This document shows positions 15,996 to 25,725 of a DNA stretch of 25,725 bases, one piece after another. Position 1 is the first letter of the stretch, and the number at the start of each line of letters is the position of its first letter. The stretch covers positions 1-25,725 of IMG/VR virus record IMGVR_UViG_3300020042_012505. The stretch is one strand, 5' to 3'. The stretch is from a virus. Taxonomy: Duplodnaviria > Caudoviricetes. Below the pieces are notes generated by a model, which did not search any database, was not told where the DNA came from, and saw only the letters and a program-made list of their open reading frames with translations. The translations under genes and the position numbers were made by a program.

Positions 15996-16777
15996 CTACA
16001 CACACTATGGGTGAAGAGGGATTCAGATGGTTTTTTGGTGTTGTTGAAGATAGGGATGATCCGAAGAAAATAGGACGGGTTCGTGTAAGAATCTATAATG
16101 TACACCCATTCACAGCCGGCGGATCTCCAGACACTGTCAATGTACCTACAGACCACTTACCATGGGCAACTGTGATTAATTCTATAATCAGTGCTGGTAT
16201 TTTGGGAGTCAATAATGACGGGGTGGGTATCAGTCCAACGGGAATGATGGTAGGAACAACTGTGTTTGGTTTCTTTGCGGATGGAAACGAATGTCAGATT
16301 CCAGTCATACTCGGTACTCTTGCTGGTATCGTTGGAACTAAAGAAGATAATGAACTTCCTAACTCCGCTATTGGTATCAATTCAGCTGCGCAAATTAAAG
16401 AATCTAAGAAAGTAAGTTCAGCCTTGCCGTTTCCAGGAGAACCATCTACTCCTTTCAATGCTAAATATCCATATAATAAGGTATTGAGAACAGAGTCTGG
16501 TCATTTAATAGAGGTTGATGATACAGTTTCCAAAGAACGAATTCATATCATGCACAAGACCGGAACCTATGTTGAAATAGACCAAGATGGTCAAGTTGTT
16601 ATAAAGTCAGTTGATGATAGATTCGATGTTACCACTAAGGACAATAATGTTTATGTCGGTGGTGATGTTAATGTACGAGTCAAAGGGAATGTTAATATTC
16701 TTGTAGATGGAACATATACACTGGAATCCAAAGGAAATATGTTAATCAAAGCACCTAAGATAGATTTCAACCCATAA
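15992..16777 (+). CDS. gp5: Baseplate central spike (gp5-like: OB-fold plus beta-helix, no lysozyme domain)
   Basis: 'WFFGVVEDRDDP..IGRVRVR', 'LPWA', 'VFGFFADG', 'YPYNKV..TESGH.IE.DDT...ERIH..HKTGTY.EI' and short V-x-G repeats. Confidence 0.88.
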   Translation: MTTHTMGEEGFRWFFGVVEDRDDPKKIGRVRVRIYNVHPFTAGGSPDTVNVPTDHLPWATVINSIISAGILGVNNDGVGISPTGMMVGTTVFGFFADGNECQIPVILGTLAGIVGTKEDNELPNSAIGINSAAQIKESKKVSSALPFPGEPSTPFNAKYPYNKVLRTESGHLIEVDDTVSKERIHIMHKTGTYVEIDQDGQVVIKSVDDRFDVTTKDNNVYVGGDVNVRVKGNVNILVDGTYTLESKGNMLIKAPKIDFNP

Positions 16778-17067
16778 TGCCAGCAGTTCACAGAAACACG
16801 GATTCCAGAGCATGTGGTGCTAGTACAGTATCTACACAAAGCAAGAATGTTTTTGTCAATGGTTTGCTGTGGTCTATAAACGGTGATCCTAACTCACATG
16901 GCGGAGGTGCATTGGTTGCAGCAACTAATAATGTTTTTATTGGAGGTGTTGCTGTTTGTAATAACAATGATTCTGCAGCTCCTGATGCGTTATGTGCACC
17001 GCTTGGAGGAGCACACTGTGCACCCAATGCAGTAGGTGGATCGAGTAACGTATTTGTAGGAGATTAA
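16777..17067 (+). CDS. PAAR-like spike tip protein (gp5.4-like)
   Basis: 'MPAVHR..D...CGA', 'NVFVNG', Cys/His ligands and 'GSSNVFVG'; directly follows gp5. Confidence 0.85.
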   Translation: MPAVHRNTDSRACGASTVSTQSKNVFVNGLLWSINGDPNSHGGGALVAATNNVFIGGVAVCNNNDSAAPDALCAPLGGAHCAPNAVGGSSNVFVGD

Positions 17068-17493
17068 ATGGCAACGTCATACGCAGATAAATTTACAGTA
17101 ACTTCTCTAAGGTCGGAGAGGTATAGTGATTTTTACAATAGCTTCAGTAAGAACTTTGGAACAAAAGATCTTGCTAGACTAACTAACGAAGACTCTATAA
17201 TTAATTCCTTGAAGAATATTATTTTGACAAGAAAAGGAGAACGCCCTTTCTTTCCGGAGTTTGGTTGTAATATTTCTGGACTGTTATTTGAAAACTTCTC
17301 CAAATTTACAACAGATGCAATAGAGACTGAAATTAAAACAGCTGTTGAAAACTTTGAGCCAAGAATAAAAACTATCAAGGTTAAAGCAATTGAGTTTCCA
17401 GATAATCACTCTATAGAGCTGCAGATGTTTTTTACCACCATAAATAATCCTGAGAATGTTTCAATCAGTTTCTTTCTTTCAAGAATAAGGTAA
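17068..17493 (+). CDS. gp25: Baseplate wedge subunit (gp25-like)
   Basis: 'SI.NSLKNIILTRKGERPFFPEFGC....LLFE' and 'ENFEPRI'. Confidence 0.92.
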   Translation: MATSYADKFTVTSLRSERYSDFYNSFSKNFGTKDLARLTNEDSIINSLKNIILTRKGERPFFPEFGCNISGLLFENFSKFTTDAIETEIKTAVENFEPRIKTIKVKAIEFPDNHSIELQMFFTTINNPENVSISFFLSRIR

Positions 17494-17494
17494 A

Positions 17495-19282
17495 ATGGCA
17501 AATTCATCTATCAACCTAATTGACTTAGATTTCAATTCTTTGAAATCGTCGTTGAAGTCATACCTATCATCACAATCAAAGTTTCAAGATTATAATTTTG
17601 ATGGCTCAAACATGAGTGTGTTGTTAGATGTCCTTGCTTACAACACATATCTTAATACGTTTTATATGAACATGGTAGCTAGTGAGATGTTTCTTGATAC
17701 TGCGCAACTCAGAGACAGTATTGTATCTCATGCAAAGGAACTCAACTACCTTCCTAGATCTTTCCGATCAGCTCAAGCAAATGTAAACATTTCAATAACA
17801 CCCTCAACCAATGTGTCCTCTGTTGTTATTCCAGCGAAGACTGGATTTACATCTCGAGTCGGTTCTAATACATTCAACTTTGTAACAAATGAGTCAATTG
17901 CAATTGTAACAAGTGCTAATGGCGTATACTTTGCTAACAATACTATATTGTATGAAGGCTCATACGTAACAGATACGTTTGTAAAAAATAGTGCTATACA
18001 AAATCAAAGATTTGTACTAAACAATCAAACTATTGACACAACAAGTATTGAGATTTCTGTTTCTGAAAATAGTGGTGCAAACGTTTACACTTATACTCAA
18101 GCATATTCATTATTTGGAGTAGTTTCAAATACAAATATATTCTTTGTACAGCCTGCTGAGAATGAGCAGTATGAGGTTGTGTTTGGAGATGATATATCGG
18201 GCAGAGCACCTCGTAACGGTGCTGTGATTGATATAACATATAGAGCTTGTAGTGGGGAACTGCCTAACGGAGCAGATACGTTTGTTAATAATTCAAGCAT
18301 CGATGGACATTCGAATGTTACAATTACACTGAATTCTGAAGCTGTTAGCGGATCAGTATCTGAATCCAACACATCAATCAAATTCAATGCTCCAAGAAGC
18401 TTTCAAACACAGGAAAGAGCTATAACCGAAAGTGATTACGAAATCTTACTAACAAGAGAGTTTCCTGAAATTCAAGCAATATCAGTGTATGGCGGAGAAA
18501 AGGAAGACCCTCCTCAGTTCGGTAAAGTGTTTATTTCTATCGATGTAGAAAATTCTGATGGTATTCCTGACCTAAAGAAAAGCATTTACAACAATTACTT
18601 GAGTGATAAGGTTCCTCTTGGTATTCTCACAGAAATCGTTAATCCTGATTTTGTTTACTTGAAGGTAGACACATCGGTAAACTACAATTTCAATATAACA
18701 ACGCTGTCTGAGAATCAGTTATCTACCAAGGTATTGACTACAATAACAAACTACAATGATACATATTTAAATGACTTTAACGCTAGCTTCTTATACAGTA
18801 ATTTTGTAACAACTATAGACAGTACCGACAAATCTATTATCAACAATGATACAGTGGTTGTACCTTATTACTTACTTACATTAGATACTGGTGTATCTAC
18901 TAACTTCACCTTTTCCTTCGGTGCTGAAATATTAATCACTACTCCTTCTGAACAATCTCACAGTATTACAGCTGATAGAGGATTGTTTTCATCTTCATTC
19001 ATTTTAGATGGATTGAATTGTCAGTTGGAAGACGATGGTATTGGAAATGTAAGAATTGTAAGAGTAACATCAACAAACCACATAGAAAAAGCAAAAATTG
19101 GAACAATTGATTATGCTACAGGTAGTATTACAATATCCAACCTCAATGTGGAAAGCTTTACAGGGTCTGGTATAAAATTGTACGCAAAAGTTGTTAGTCA
19201 AGATTACACATCATCGTTTAGAAACATACTTAAAATAAAACCTGAAGATATAAACGTTCTAATGGTACCTAAGAAATTATGA
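17495..19282 (+). CDS. gp6: Baseplate wedge subunit (gp6-like)
   Basis: 'LDF..LK..LK.YL..Q..F.DYNFDGSNMSVLLDVLAYNTY', 'EMFLDTAQLR.SIVSHAK.LNY.PRS', 'FGD', 'Q.RAIT..DY' and 'GTIDYATG'. Confidence 0.95.
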   Translation: MANSSINLIDLDFNSLKSSLKSYLSSQSKFQDYNFDGSNMSVLLDVLAYNTYLNTFYMNMVASEMFLDTAQLRDSIVSHAKELNYLPRSFRSAQANVNISITPSTNVSSVVIPAKTGFTSRVGSNTFNFVTNESIAIVTSANGVYFANNTILYEGSYVTDTFVKNSAIQNQRFVLNNQTIDTTSIEISVSENSGANVYTYTQAYSLFGVVSNTNIFFVQPAENEQYEVVFGDDISGRAPRNGAVIDITYRACSGELPNGADTFVNNSSIDGHSNVTITLNSEAVSGSVSESNTSIKFNAPRSFQTQERAITESDYEILLTREFPEIQAISVYGGEKEDPPQFGKVFISIDVENSDGIPDLKKSIYNNYLSDKVPLGILTEIVNPDFVYLKVDTSVNYNFNITTLSENQLSTKVLTTITNYNDTYLNDFNASFLYSNFVTTIDSTDKSIINNDTVVVPYYLLTLDTGVSTNFTFSFGAEILITTPSEQSHSITADRGLFSSSFILDGLNCQLEDDGIGNVRIVRVTSTNHIEKAKIGTIDYATGSITISNLNVESFTGSGIKLYAKVVSQDYTSSFRNILKIKPEDINVLMVPKKL

Positions 19283-22200
19283 AGCGAGTAGAAGACGATA
19301 TTAGTATACTGGTCGAAAATCACTTTCCCCAGTTCTACAAAGAGCAGGGAAATACCTTCATTGAGTTTGTCAAAGAATATTACCAATGGACCCAACAGAC
19401 AAACAACAACATTTTCTTTTCAAGAAATCTTCTTGAATTTAGAGATATTGATAGCACCATTGATGAATTTTTATATCACTACAGCTTAAAATATCTAACT
19501 GGAGCTCCAGTTGATTTTGATAAAACAAGATTCAATGTAAAGCATTCTGGTGATTTTTACTCATCAAAAGGAACGGAAAGAGGTACTAAACTATTTCTTA
19601 ACAGAGTTTTTAACGTTTCAGAAACAGAAGTATATTTTCCAGGTAAAGATGTAATAAAAGCTTCAGACGGTGAATGGTTTGTTCCTGTTTATCTTGAAGT
19701 ATCTTTATCGACAAAGACACCCTCTTTCATTGGTAAAACAGTTGTTGGTTCAACATCTGGAGCTTCAGCTTTTGTTGAGGGAGTAGGAAGAAAAAGTATA
19801 AACGGAAAATATCTTGATGTAATATATCTATCAAATGTTAATGGTGATTTCTTATTTGATGAGTTAATTACTTCAGATGGCAGTCTTAATGATTGCCCCA
19901 AAGTGATAGGATCTCTTACTAAAATTACAATTAATGACGCTGGTAGAGATTTTGCTGTTGGTGACGTAGTCGACGTTGTTTCAGCGGTAAGAGGAAAACA
20001 AGGTAAGGCAAGAATTGATTCTGTTGGCCAGCAAACTGGTAAGGTTACATTTACTCTGTTAGATGGTGGTACTGGTTATAGACTTACGACTTCTCCAGTT
20101 ATTGCTGAAAAGATGTTGGAATACACCAACAAGGTTTTTTCAAACACTTATACTCCTAACTTTTTAATCGATGAGGTAGTTTATCAACCACTTGCAAATA
20201 TAGTTTTTAGTTCTTCAAATACTTCGTTCTCTCTTGCTCAGCTTGTAACTGGGGCTAATTCGACGGCAAACGTATCCACTGGGAGAATTGTTGGTAAAGT
20301 ACAAAAAACAGTAACTGGAACAGCAACAGCAAACTCTACTTCAAATACAGTAATTGGTATTGGTACACAGTTTTCAGTAGATCTAGCTAATAATGATATT
20401 ATAAAATTTCAGTCTAACAATTCAACATTTCAGATCAGCTCTATTACAAGCAATACAAGTCTTCAACTGACAACTACGGGTCCAAATGTTGTTGCTAATA
20501 CAGTGACGTCAGCAAATGGAAGTTTTCTTATCATAGTTACTTCGGGTAATTGGTCTCTGGCTGATAGGATTAATGGGACATCAGCGCTTGTTGATTCATA
20601 TACAGATAAAACTGCAACAGGTACGGTGATGGGAGTTAACTCTCAATACATTGGAATATCTTCTGTATCAAATACATTTACATCAAACCAGTATAATTTT
20701 ATTTACGGTGGAACCTCCAATGTATATGCTAACGTATCTGTTGTAAGTACAGGAACTGGAGCTGATTTCAACGTTGGTAGTCTGACAGATGAGGAAACAG
20801 TTTATCTGAATACGGATTTGATTGGAGGTAATAACTCGATTACAACAGTTGCATTGACGGGTAGTATATCTTCTAATTCTACAAGTCCTCAGGTAAATGG
20901 TGTGTCAACTCTTTTCACCTCTGAACTTTACGATGGTGCTTACATAAAAATTGGAAGTAATAACACAGTGTTTCAGGTGAATACTGTAAGTAATAATACC
21001 ATATTGAATCTTAACACCAATGCTATTAATTCTTCAGCTAACACTATAAGCATCACTAACGGAGCATACCTATCAACTCCTCTCAGTGTATTGAAATATG
21101 GATTTCCAAAACTACCAACTGGTAATGTTAGTATTCTCTTAAATCTTGCCCTGACAAGAGGTAGCTATGATATCGGAACAATTGCTTCTTTGAGCGGCAT
21201 TAATCCAGGATCGGATTATAACATATCTCCGTTTGTTCTTGTGAGGGATAACGAACTTGCCAACTTCAATAGACGTGATCTTAACTTAGTTGTTGAAAAT
21301 CAAGTTGGAACATTTACAGATGATGAAGAGATAGTTCAAAACTTTTCTGATCCCGCCTTCACTCTTCAGGTAAGTGGATCAAATAGTGGACTAGTTTTAA
21401 ATGAAAGTGTCACTCAGATTGTTAATTCTACAGCTAACGGATATGGTGTAGCTGGATCTTCGAACACAACTGTATCTGTTGTTACCGTCTCAGCCTTTTC
21501 CAATTCTACCTTTGGTAATACATTTGTGAATTCTGCGATTGGTAGTTCGTTGACTGGTACAGTTTCTACTAACGCAACAAGCTCTCAAGTAAACGGTGTT
21601 TCTACATTGTTTACATCGGAATTATCAGCTGGTGACTTCATTAAGTTTTCAGGTAACAATTTGATATTTCAAATTAATACAATCAGTAACAATACTATAC
21701 TGAACTTAACAACCAACAGTTCAATTATAACATCTAACTCTATTTCAAAAGTTACAAATGTAGCAATAGGTATGACCAGTGGTGTTAAGTTCTTTGTGAA
21801 CACATCAATATCAAATACCCAAATATCCTTATCAAGAGGCAAAGTGATAAACTCTGGAGCTTCGTTCATTAACGTCAAGAGAAAGACGTTCAATCAATCT
21901 TTCACATCTGGGGTCGAAATAACTGGGGCAACATCTGGGGCAACAGCTAACGTGGTATCTGTTACCCAGATAGAAGAATCGTCACTGATGGGTAATAATG
22001 CAGTTGTCAACTCTTTTGCTGGTATTGTAAATGGATCTATAACATCGCTGTCAGTGATAGATTCGGGTTTCGCATATGAAGATGGAGAATCTATTAGCAT
22101 AGAAATTGATACAAATGCATACATTGCAACAGGATATGCCAATCTTATTAATCAAGGAGTTGGGGAGGGATATTTTAAATCAACCAAGGGATTCCTCAAC

Positions 22201-22398
22201 AGTGATAAATACATTCATGACGGTGATTTTTATCAGTTTTATTCTTATCAAATTCAAACTGAGCTACCGCTCGAGACATATGGGGATACTTTAAAGAAAC
22301 TGATGCACGTAGCAGGCACTAAGTTATTTGGTAATGTAATCAAAGTATCTAACGTGGATGTTACAATCAAATCTTCCGGTGTAGAAATAACAACATGA
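19279..22398 (+). CDS. Large baseplate wedge protein (gp7-like) with internal repeats
   Basis: N-terminal 'FPQFYKE...FIEFVKEYYQW', 'FYSSKGTERG' and 'KASDGEW'; C-terminal 'IHDG.FYQ.YSYQI...LKKLMHVAGTKLFG'; follows gp6. Confidence 0.7.
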   Translation: MKRVEDDISILVENHFPQFYKEQGNTFIEFVKEYYQWTQQTNNNIFFSRNLLEFRDIDSTIDEFLYHYSLKYLTGAPVDFDKTRFNVKHSGDFYSSKGTERGTKLFLNRVFNVSETEVYFPGKDVIKASDGEWFVPVYLEVSLSTKTPSFIGKTVVGSTSGASAFVEGVGRKSINGKYLDVIYLSNVNGDFLFDELITSDGSLNDCPKVIGSLTKITINDAGRDFAVGDVVDVVSAVRGKQGKARIDSVGQQTGKVTFTLLDGGTGYRLTTSPVIAEKMLEYTNKVFSNTYTPNFLIDEVVYQPLANIVFSSSNTSFSLAQLVTGANSTANVSTGRIVGKVQKTVTGTATANSTSNTVIGIGTQFSVDLANNDIIKFQSNNSTFQISSITSNTSLQLTTTGPNVVANTVTSANGSFLIIVTSGNWSLADRINGTSALVDSYTDKTATGTVMGVNSQYIGISSVSNTFTSNQYNFIYGGTSNVYANVSVVSTGTGADFNVGSLTDEETVYLNTDLIGGNNSITTVALTGSISSNSTSPQVNGVSTLFTSELYDGAYIKIGSNNTVFQVNTVSNNTILNLNTNAINSSANTISITNGAYLSTPLSVLKYGFPKLPTGNVSILLNLALTRGSYDIGTIASLSGINPGSDYNISPFVLVRDNELANFNRRDLNLVVENQVGTFTDDEEIVQNFSDPAFTLQVSGSNSGLVLNESVTQIVNSTANGYGVAGSSNTTVSVVTVSAFSNSTFGNTFVNSAIGSSLTGTVSTNATSSQVNGVSTLFTSELSAGDFIKFSGNNLIFQINTISNNTILNLTTNSSIITSNSISKVTNVAIGMTSGVKFFVNTSISNTQISLSRGKVINSGASFINVKRKTFNQSFTSGVEITGATSGATANVVSVTQIEESSLMGNNAVVNSFAGIVNGSITSLSVIDSGFAYEDGESISIEIDTNAYIATGYANLINQGVGEGYFKSTKGFLNSDKYIHDGDFYQFYSYQIQTELPLETYGDTLKKLMHVAGTKLFGNVIKVSNVDVTIKSSGVEITT

Positions 22399-24692
22399 GC
22401 AAACTTATCACAAACAACATTAAACTTTTCAATGTTGACCAATTCATTGAATCTTTTTCAGAACCTAACTTTAATATTTACTATTTTTTTGTAGGTAACC
22501 CTGTTCCTTTTGCTAATGATAATTCCCCACCTGTTTTGAATGATAATGTCCAAACCACATTAATTGATCCTTATGAAAATATGATATATGGTAAGAGGAT
22601 TACTTCTAGTGATATCATTCAAATGACTCCTAGGCATGATTGGGTTTCAAACACAGTATTCAACAAATACACCCATGATGATCCTGAGGTTATGGATTCT
22701 AATTTTTATGTTTTATCGGATGAAAATTCATCCTATAGTGTATTTAAGTGCTTAGACAATAACCGAGGCGCTCCATCAACTTATAGACCTAGAATATCAG
22801 AAACAGCTGCCGATGAGGATTTTTACTTTACAACCGCTGATGGATATCAGTGGAAGTATATGTATTCAATAACACCAACTCAGTTCACAAAATTTGCTAC
22901 AGCGTCTCACATTCCAGTATTTGTCAACTCTAACGTTGTTAGTAATTCAGTAATAGGATCAATAGACAACATTGAGGTCTTGTCGGGCGGAAGTGGATAC
23001 GCATCATATGCTAATGGATTTTTCCAAGAAGTTTTAGTTGGTGGTAATCCTTTGATATATGCAATTGATCCATCTAATGCTTCAGCAAATGCTAATTTTT
23101 ATATTAACTCTGCTTTGAAAGTTACTAATGGAACTGGTAGCGGCCAACAGAAAATTATCACTGGATACACTGTTGCAGGTTCTACAAGAAGAGTTATTAT
23201 CAATTCTCCTTTCGATATCAATCCTACAACTGGCTCAACATATGAAATTACACCACTTGTATCTATCGACGGTGATGGTTCAGGTGCACAAGCTAGAGCT
23301 CTTGTTAACACATCAAGTAATACAATATACAGTATTGAAATAGTGCAGAGAGGAACTGGTTATAGTTATGCTTCTGTTACGGTAACTGGTAATACTGGAA
23401 TAATTAATGTTTCGACAGGAACTGCTATAACAGCAAACACAGCAGCAGCCAAAGTAATAATTAGTCCTAAAGGTGGTCATGGTAGCAATGCAGCTGCAGA
23501 GCTGGGAGCGAGGTATGTTGGAATTAGTACAGTTTTTGATAGCTCAGTCTCTGGAAGCAAATTAGTTGATGAAAATGATTTCAGAGCAGTGGGGATAATT
23601 AAGGACCCTCTGTTTTCCAACGTGGTCCTTGAAATAAGTTCTAGTACTGGAGTATTTGCCGATGGGGAGACAATAATTCAATCGCAAGGATCTCCTATTG
23701 CTGGTATCGTAATTACTAATCCTGGTTCAGGATACACTTCCAACGCTGTTGTTACAATATCAGGAACAACTAGCCTTACTGCTGTTGCCAATGCAAGTTC
23801 TAATTCAACAGGTAGAATATCTCAAATTAATATAAGCAATACAGGTCAGGGTTACATTCTACCAAGTATATCAATATCTGCTCCTTCAGCTGTTTCTTTC
23901 AATTCGAATACTGCAGTATCAAACACGAATGATTTCATTACTATTTCTAATAATGTATTTCAGAATAACGACTATGTCAAATACTTAGTAGCTGCAGGCA
24001 ATACATCTCTTTCAGCATTATCCAACAATTCTAGTTATTTTGTTGTTCAGGCTAATTCAACAGGAGTTAAGCTGTCATCTACTTTGAATGGAGGGGCAAT
24101 TGATCTAACAGCTGGATTATCTCAGACTGGTCATAGTTTGAGAGGAAATACAGCGACAGCAGTTGCAGTTGTTGATACTAACAAAACTACAACTGCTCGT
24201 GGAATTGTGTTTGCAGCTAATGACTCTGTTGTTAAGTTAACAAACACTTATGGTTTTTTTGTCACAGGAAATACTTCAACAAGTTTATTGGTAGGCAATA
24301 CGTCTGGATTCATATCGGTATGTGATACGGCAACCCAACCAACTACCTACTTTGATCAAACTTACAAAGTTGTAGGTGTCTTACAAACTGCTCAGGGATT
24401 CACTGAAGACGAGTTAGTAGTTCAGAATGAAAATGCTAATGGGTTTTTCTACTCATCTAACAACACTGTAGTACGGATAGTTAACAAAAAAGGAACTATC
24501 AACCAAAGTGAGACTGGTGGTACACAGTACTATCTTACAGGTGATACATCGGATGCGCAGTTTCTCGTATCAGGTATCGTTCCATCGGATTTGGTTCACG
24601 GTTCTGGAGACGTTATATATATTGAGAACTTCACACCAATCACAAAAACAAACGGACAAACTGAAACCTTGAAGCTTGTCTTGGAATTTTAA
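22395..24692 (+). CDS. Baseplate wedge protein (gp8-like) with a long beta-rich extension
   Basis: 'PRHDW', 'FYVL....VFKCLDNN', 'DGYQWKYMYSI', 'ISPKGGHG.NA..ELG', 'DFRAVGIIKDP' and 'SGDVIYIEN'. Confidence 0.75.
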   Translation: MSKLITNNIKLFNVDQFIESFSEPNFNIYYFFVGNPVPFANDNSPPVLNDNVQTTLIDPYENMIYGKRITSSDIIQMTPRHDWVSNTVFNKYTHDDPEVMDSNFYVLSDENSSYSVFKCLDNNRGAPSTYRPRISETAADEDFYFTTADGYQWKYMYSITPTQFTKFATASHIPVFVNSNVVSNSVIGSIDNIEVLSGGSGYASYANGFFQEVLVGGNPLIYAIDPSNASANANFYINSALKVTNGTGSGQQKIITGYTVAGSTRRVIINSPFDINPTTGSTYEITPLVSIDGDGSGAQARALVNTSSNTIYSIEIVQRGTGYSYASVTVTGNTGIINVSTGTAITANTAAAKVIISPKGGHGSNAAAELGARYVGISTVFDSSVSGSKLVDENDFRAVGIIKDPLFSNVVLEISSSTGVFADGETIIQSQGSPIAGIVITNPGSGYTSNAVVTISGTTSLTAVANASSNSTGRISQINISNTGQGYILPSISISAPSAVSFNSNTAVSNTNDFITISNNVFQNNDYVKYLVAAGNTSLSALSNNSSYFVVQANSTGVKLSSTLNGGAIDLTAGLSQTGHSLRGNTATAVAVVDTNKTTTARGIVFAANDSVVKLTNTYGFFVTGNTSTSLLVGNTSGFISVCDTATQPTTYFDQTYKVVGVLQTAQGFTEDELVVQNENANGFFYSSNNTVVRIVNKKGTINQSETGGTQYYLTGDTSDAQFLVSGIVPSDLVHGSGDVIYIENFTPITKTNGQTETLKLVLEF

Positions 24693-24703
24693 TAGAGGAA
24701 CAA

Positions 24704-25725
24704 ATGCCACTTAATACAGATTTTAATGTATCACCGTACTATGATGATTATAATGAAGATAAAAACTTTCACAGAGTTCTTTTCAGACCAGCTGTACCTA
24801 TTCAGGCAAGAGAATTAACCCAGTTACAAACTATTCTTCAGAATCAAGTTGAAAGATTTGGTGATAATATTTACAAACAAGGTACTATAATCAAGGGGTG
24901 TAGCCTCTCCTTTGATTTCAGTTACTACTATGTTAAACTTGAGGATCTCCAAGTAGATGGTCAGACAACTCTAGTATCTAACTACGCTAATGGTTATTTA
25001 AAAGATTCTGCTAATTTAACTTCTGAAATTGTAAACTATGCTCAGGGATTGGAATCACAGGATCCTGATCTTTCCACATTATTCATCAAATATATTAACA
25101 CTGGAGCAGGGGCAAAGAAGAAGTACTCGAATACAGATGTATTAACTGTTTATGCAAGAGACTTTTCAGTTCAGTCTATTGAAATATCTGCTTCCGGAAC
25201 GTTGTATAGCAATTCTGATGTAATTGTTTTTACAAGCAACAGTGGTACGGGTGCTTCTGCTAATATCGTTACGTTTGCAAATGGTTCAATAAGAGATGTA
25301 GTGATTTCTGATGGTGGATCTGGCTACATAACTGCTCCTTCGTTGACAATTACCACTACAACAGGATCGTCAGGGGCATTAACAGCACTAAATTATATTG
25401 CACAAGTGCGTGTTGCAAATTCTTCATACTCTGCCCCGGTTGGTGTTGGATCTGCTGTGAGAACAAGTGATGGGGTAATTTATCAAAAAGGTCACTTTGT
25501 TAGAGTGGAAGACCAAATAACTATAGTTGACAAATACTCTAATGTACCAACAGATATTTCACTGGGATTCTCTACTTCAGAGAAGGTAGTTAATAATAAT
25601 GTAGACTCCACTCTGTTAGACAATGCCCAAGGATACAGTAACTACACAGCTCCTGGTGCTCATAGACTTCAGCTAACAGCAAATTTGATTTCTATTGCCA
25701 CGTCTAACGCTGCCTCAAACAGTGA
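24704..25725 (+). CDS. Large virion structural protein (DUF4815-like), truncated by the window end and missing from the ORF track
   Basis: GAGG SD, then MPLNTDFNVSPYYDDYNEDKNFHRVLFRPAVPIQARELTQLQTILQNQVERFG..., with 'DNAQGYSNYTAPGAHRL' near the window end. Confidence 0.85.
   Translation, partial: MPLNTDFNVSPYYDDYNEDKNFHRVLFRPAVPIQARELTQLQTILQNQVERFGDNIYKQGTIIKGCSLSFDFSYYYVKLEDLQVDGQTTLVSNYANGYLKDSANLTSEIVNYAQGLESQDPDLSTLFIKYINTGAGAKKKYSNTDVLTVYARDFSVQSIEISASGTLYSNSDVIVFTSNSGTGASANIVTFANGSIRDVVISDGGSGYITAPSLTITTTTGSSGALTALNYIAQVRVANSSYSAPVGVGSAVRTSDGVIYQKGHFVRVEDQITIVDKYSNVPTDISLGFSTSEKVVNNNVDSTLLDNAQGYSNYTAPGAHRLQLTANLISIATSNAASNS

Noticed and set aside
1-25725. Stop-codon reassignment (alternative genetic code)
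   Set aside because: Conserved genes are full length under the standard code and tile the window densely.

Overview
A gene-dense, AT-rich segment of a T4-like (Tevenvirinae-related, environmental) myovirus genome. In order it carries: a DUF932 gene and a hypothetical gene; a three-gene cassette with a late promoter, led by a repeat (probably beta-propeller) adhesin-like protein; a circularly permuted two-piece tmRNA gene (tag ANDEQFALAA); a SleB-like cell-wall hydrolase with an antisense GIY-YIG/NUMOD3 homing endonuclease at its 3' end; the gp33-gp59-gp32 block; a minus-strand operon (gp4, gp2, gp54-like, gp26, gp51-like, and a tape-measure-like protein with a lysozyme/transglycosylase domain); and a plus-strand baseplate operon (gp48, gp53, hub, gp5, PAAR, gp25, gp6, gp7-like, gp8-like, and a partial DUF4815 protein). 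Three observations stand out: (1) a probable programmed -1 frameshift (U UUU UUU) fusing gp26 to a gp51-like frame that has no start codon, directly before the tape-measure-like gene, as in lambda G/GT; (2) the permuted phage tmRNA; (3) a structured RNA leader on the homing endonuclease gene, next to an apparent displaced remnant of the target gene's 3' end. All family assignments come from motif recall and gene order, not from database searches.
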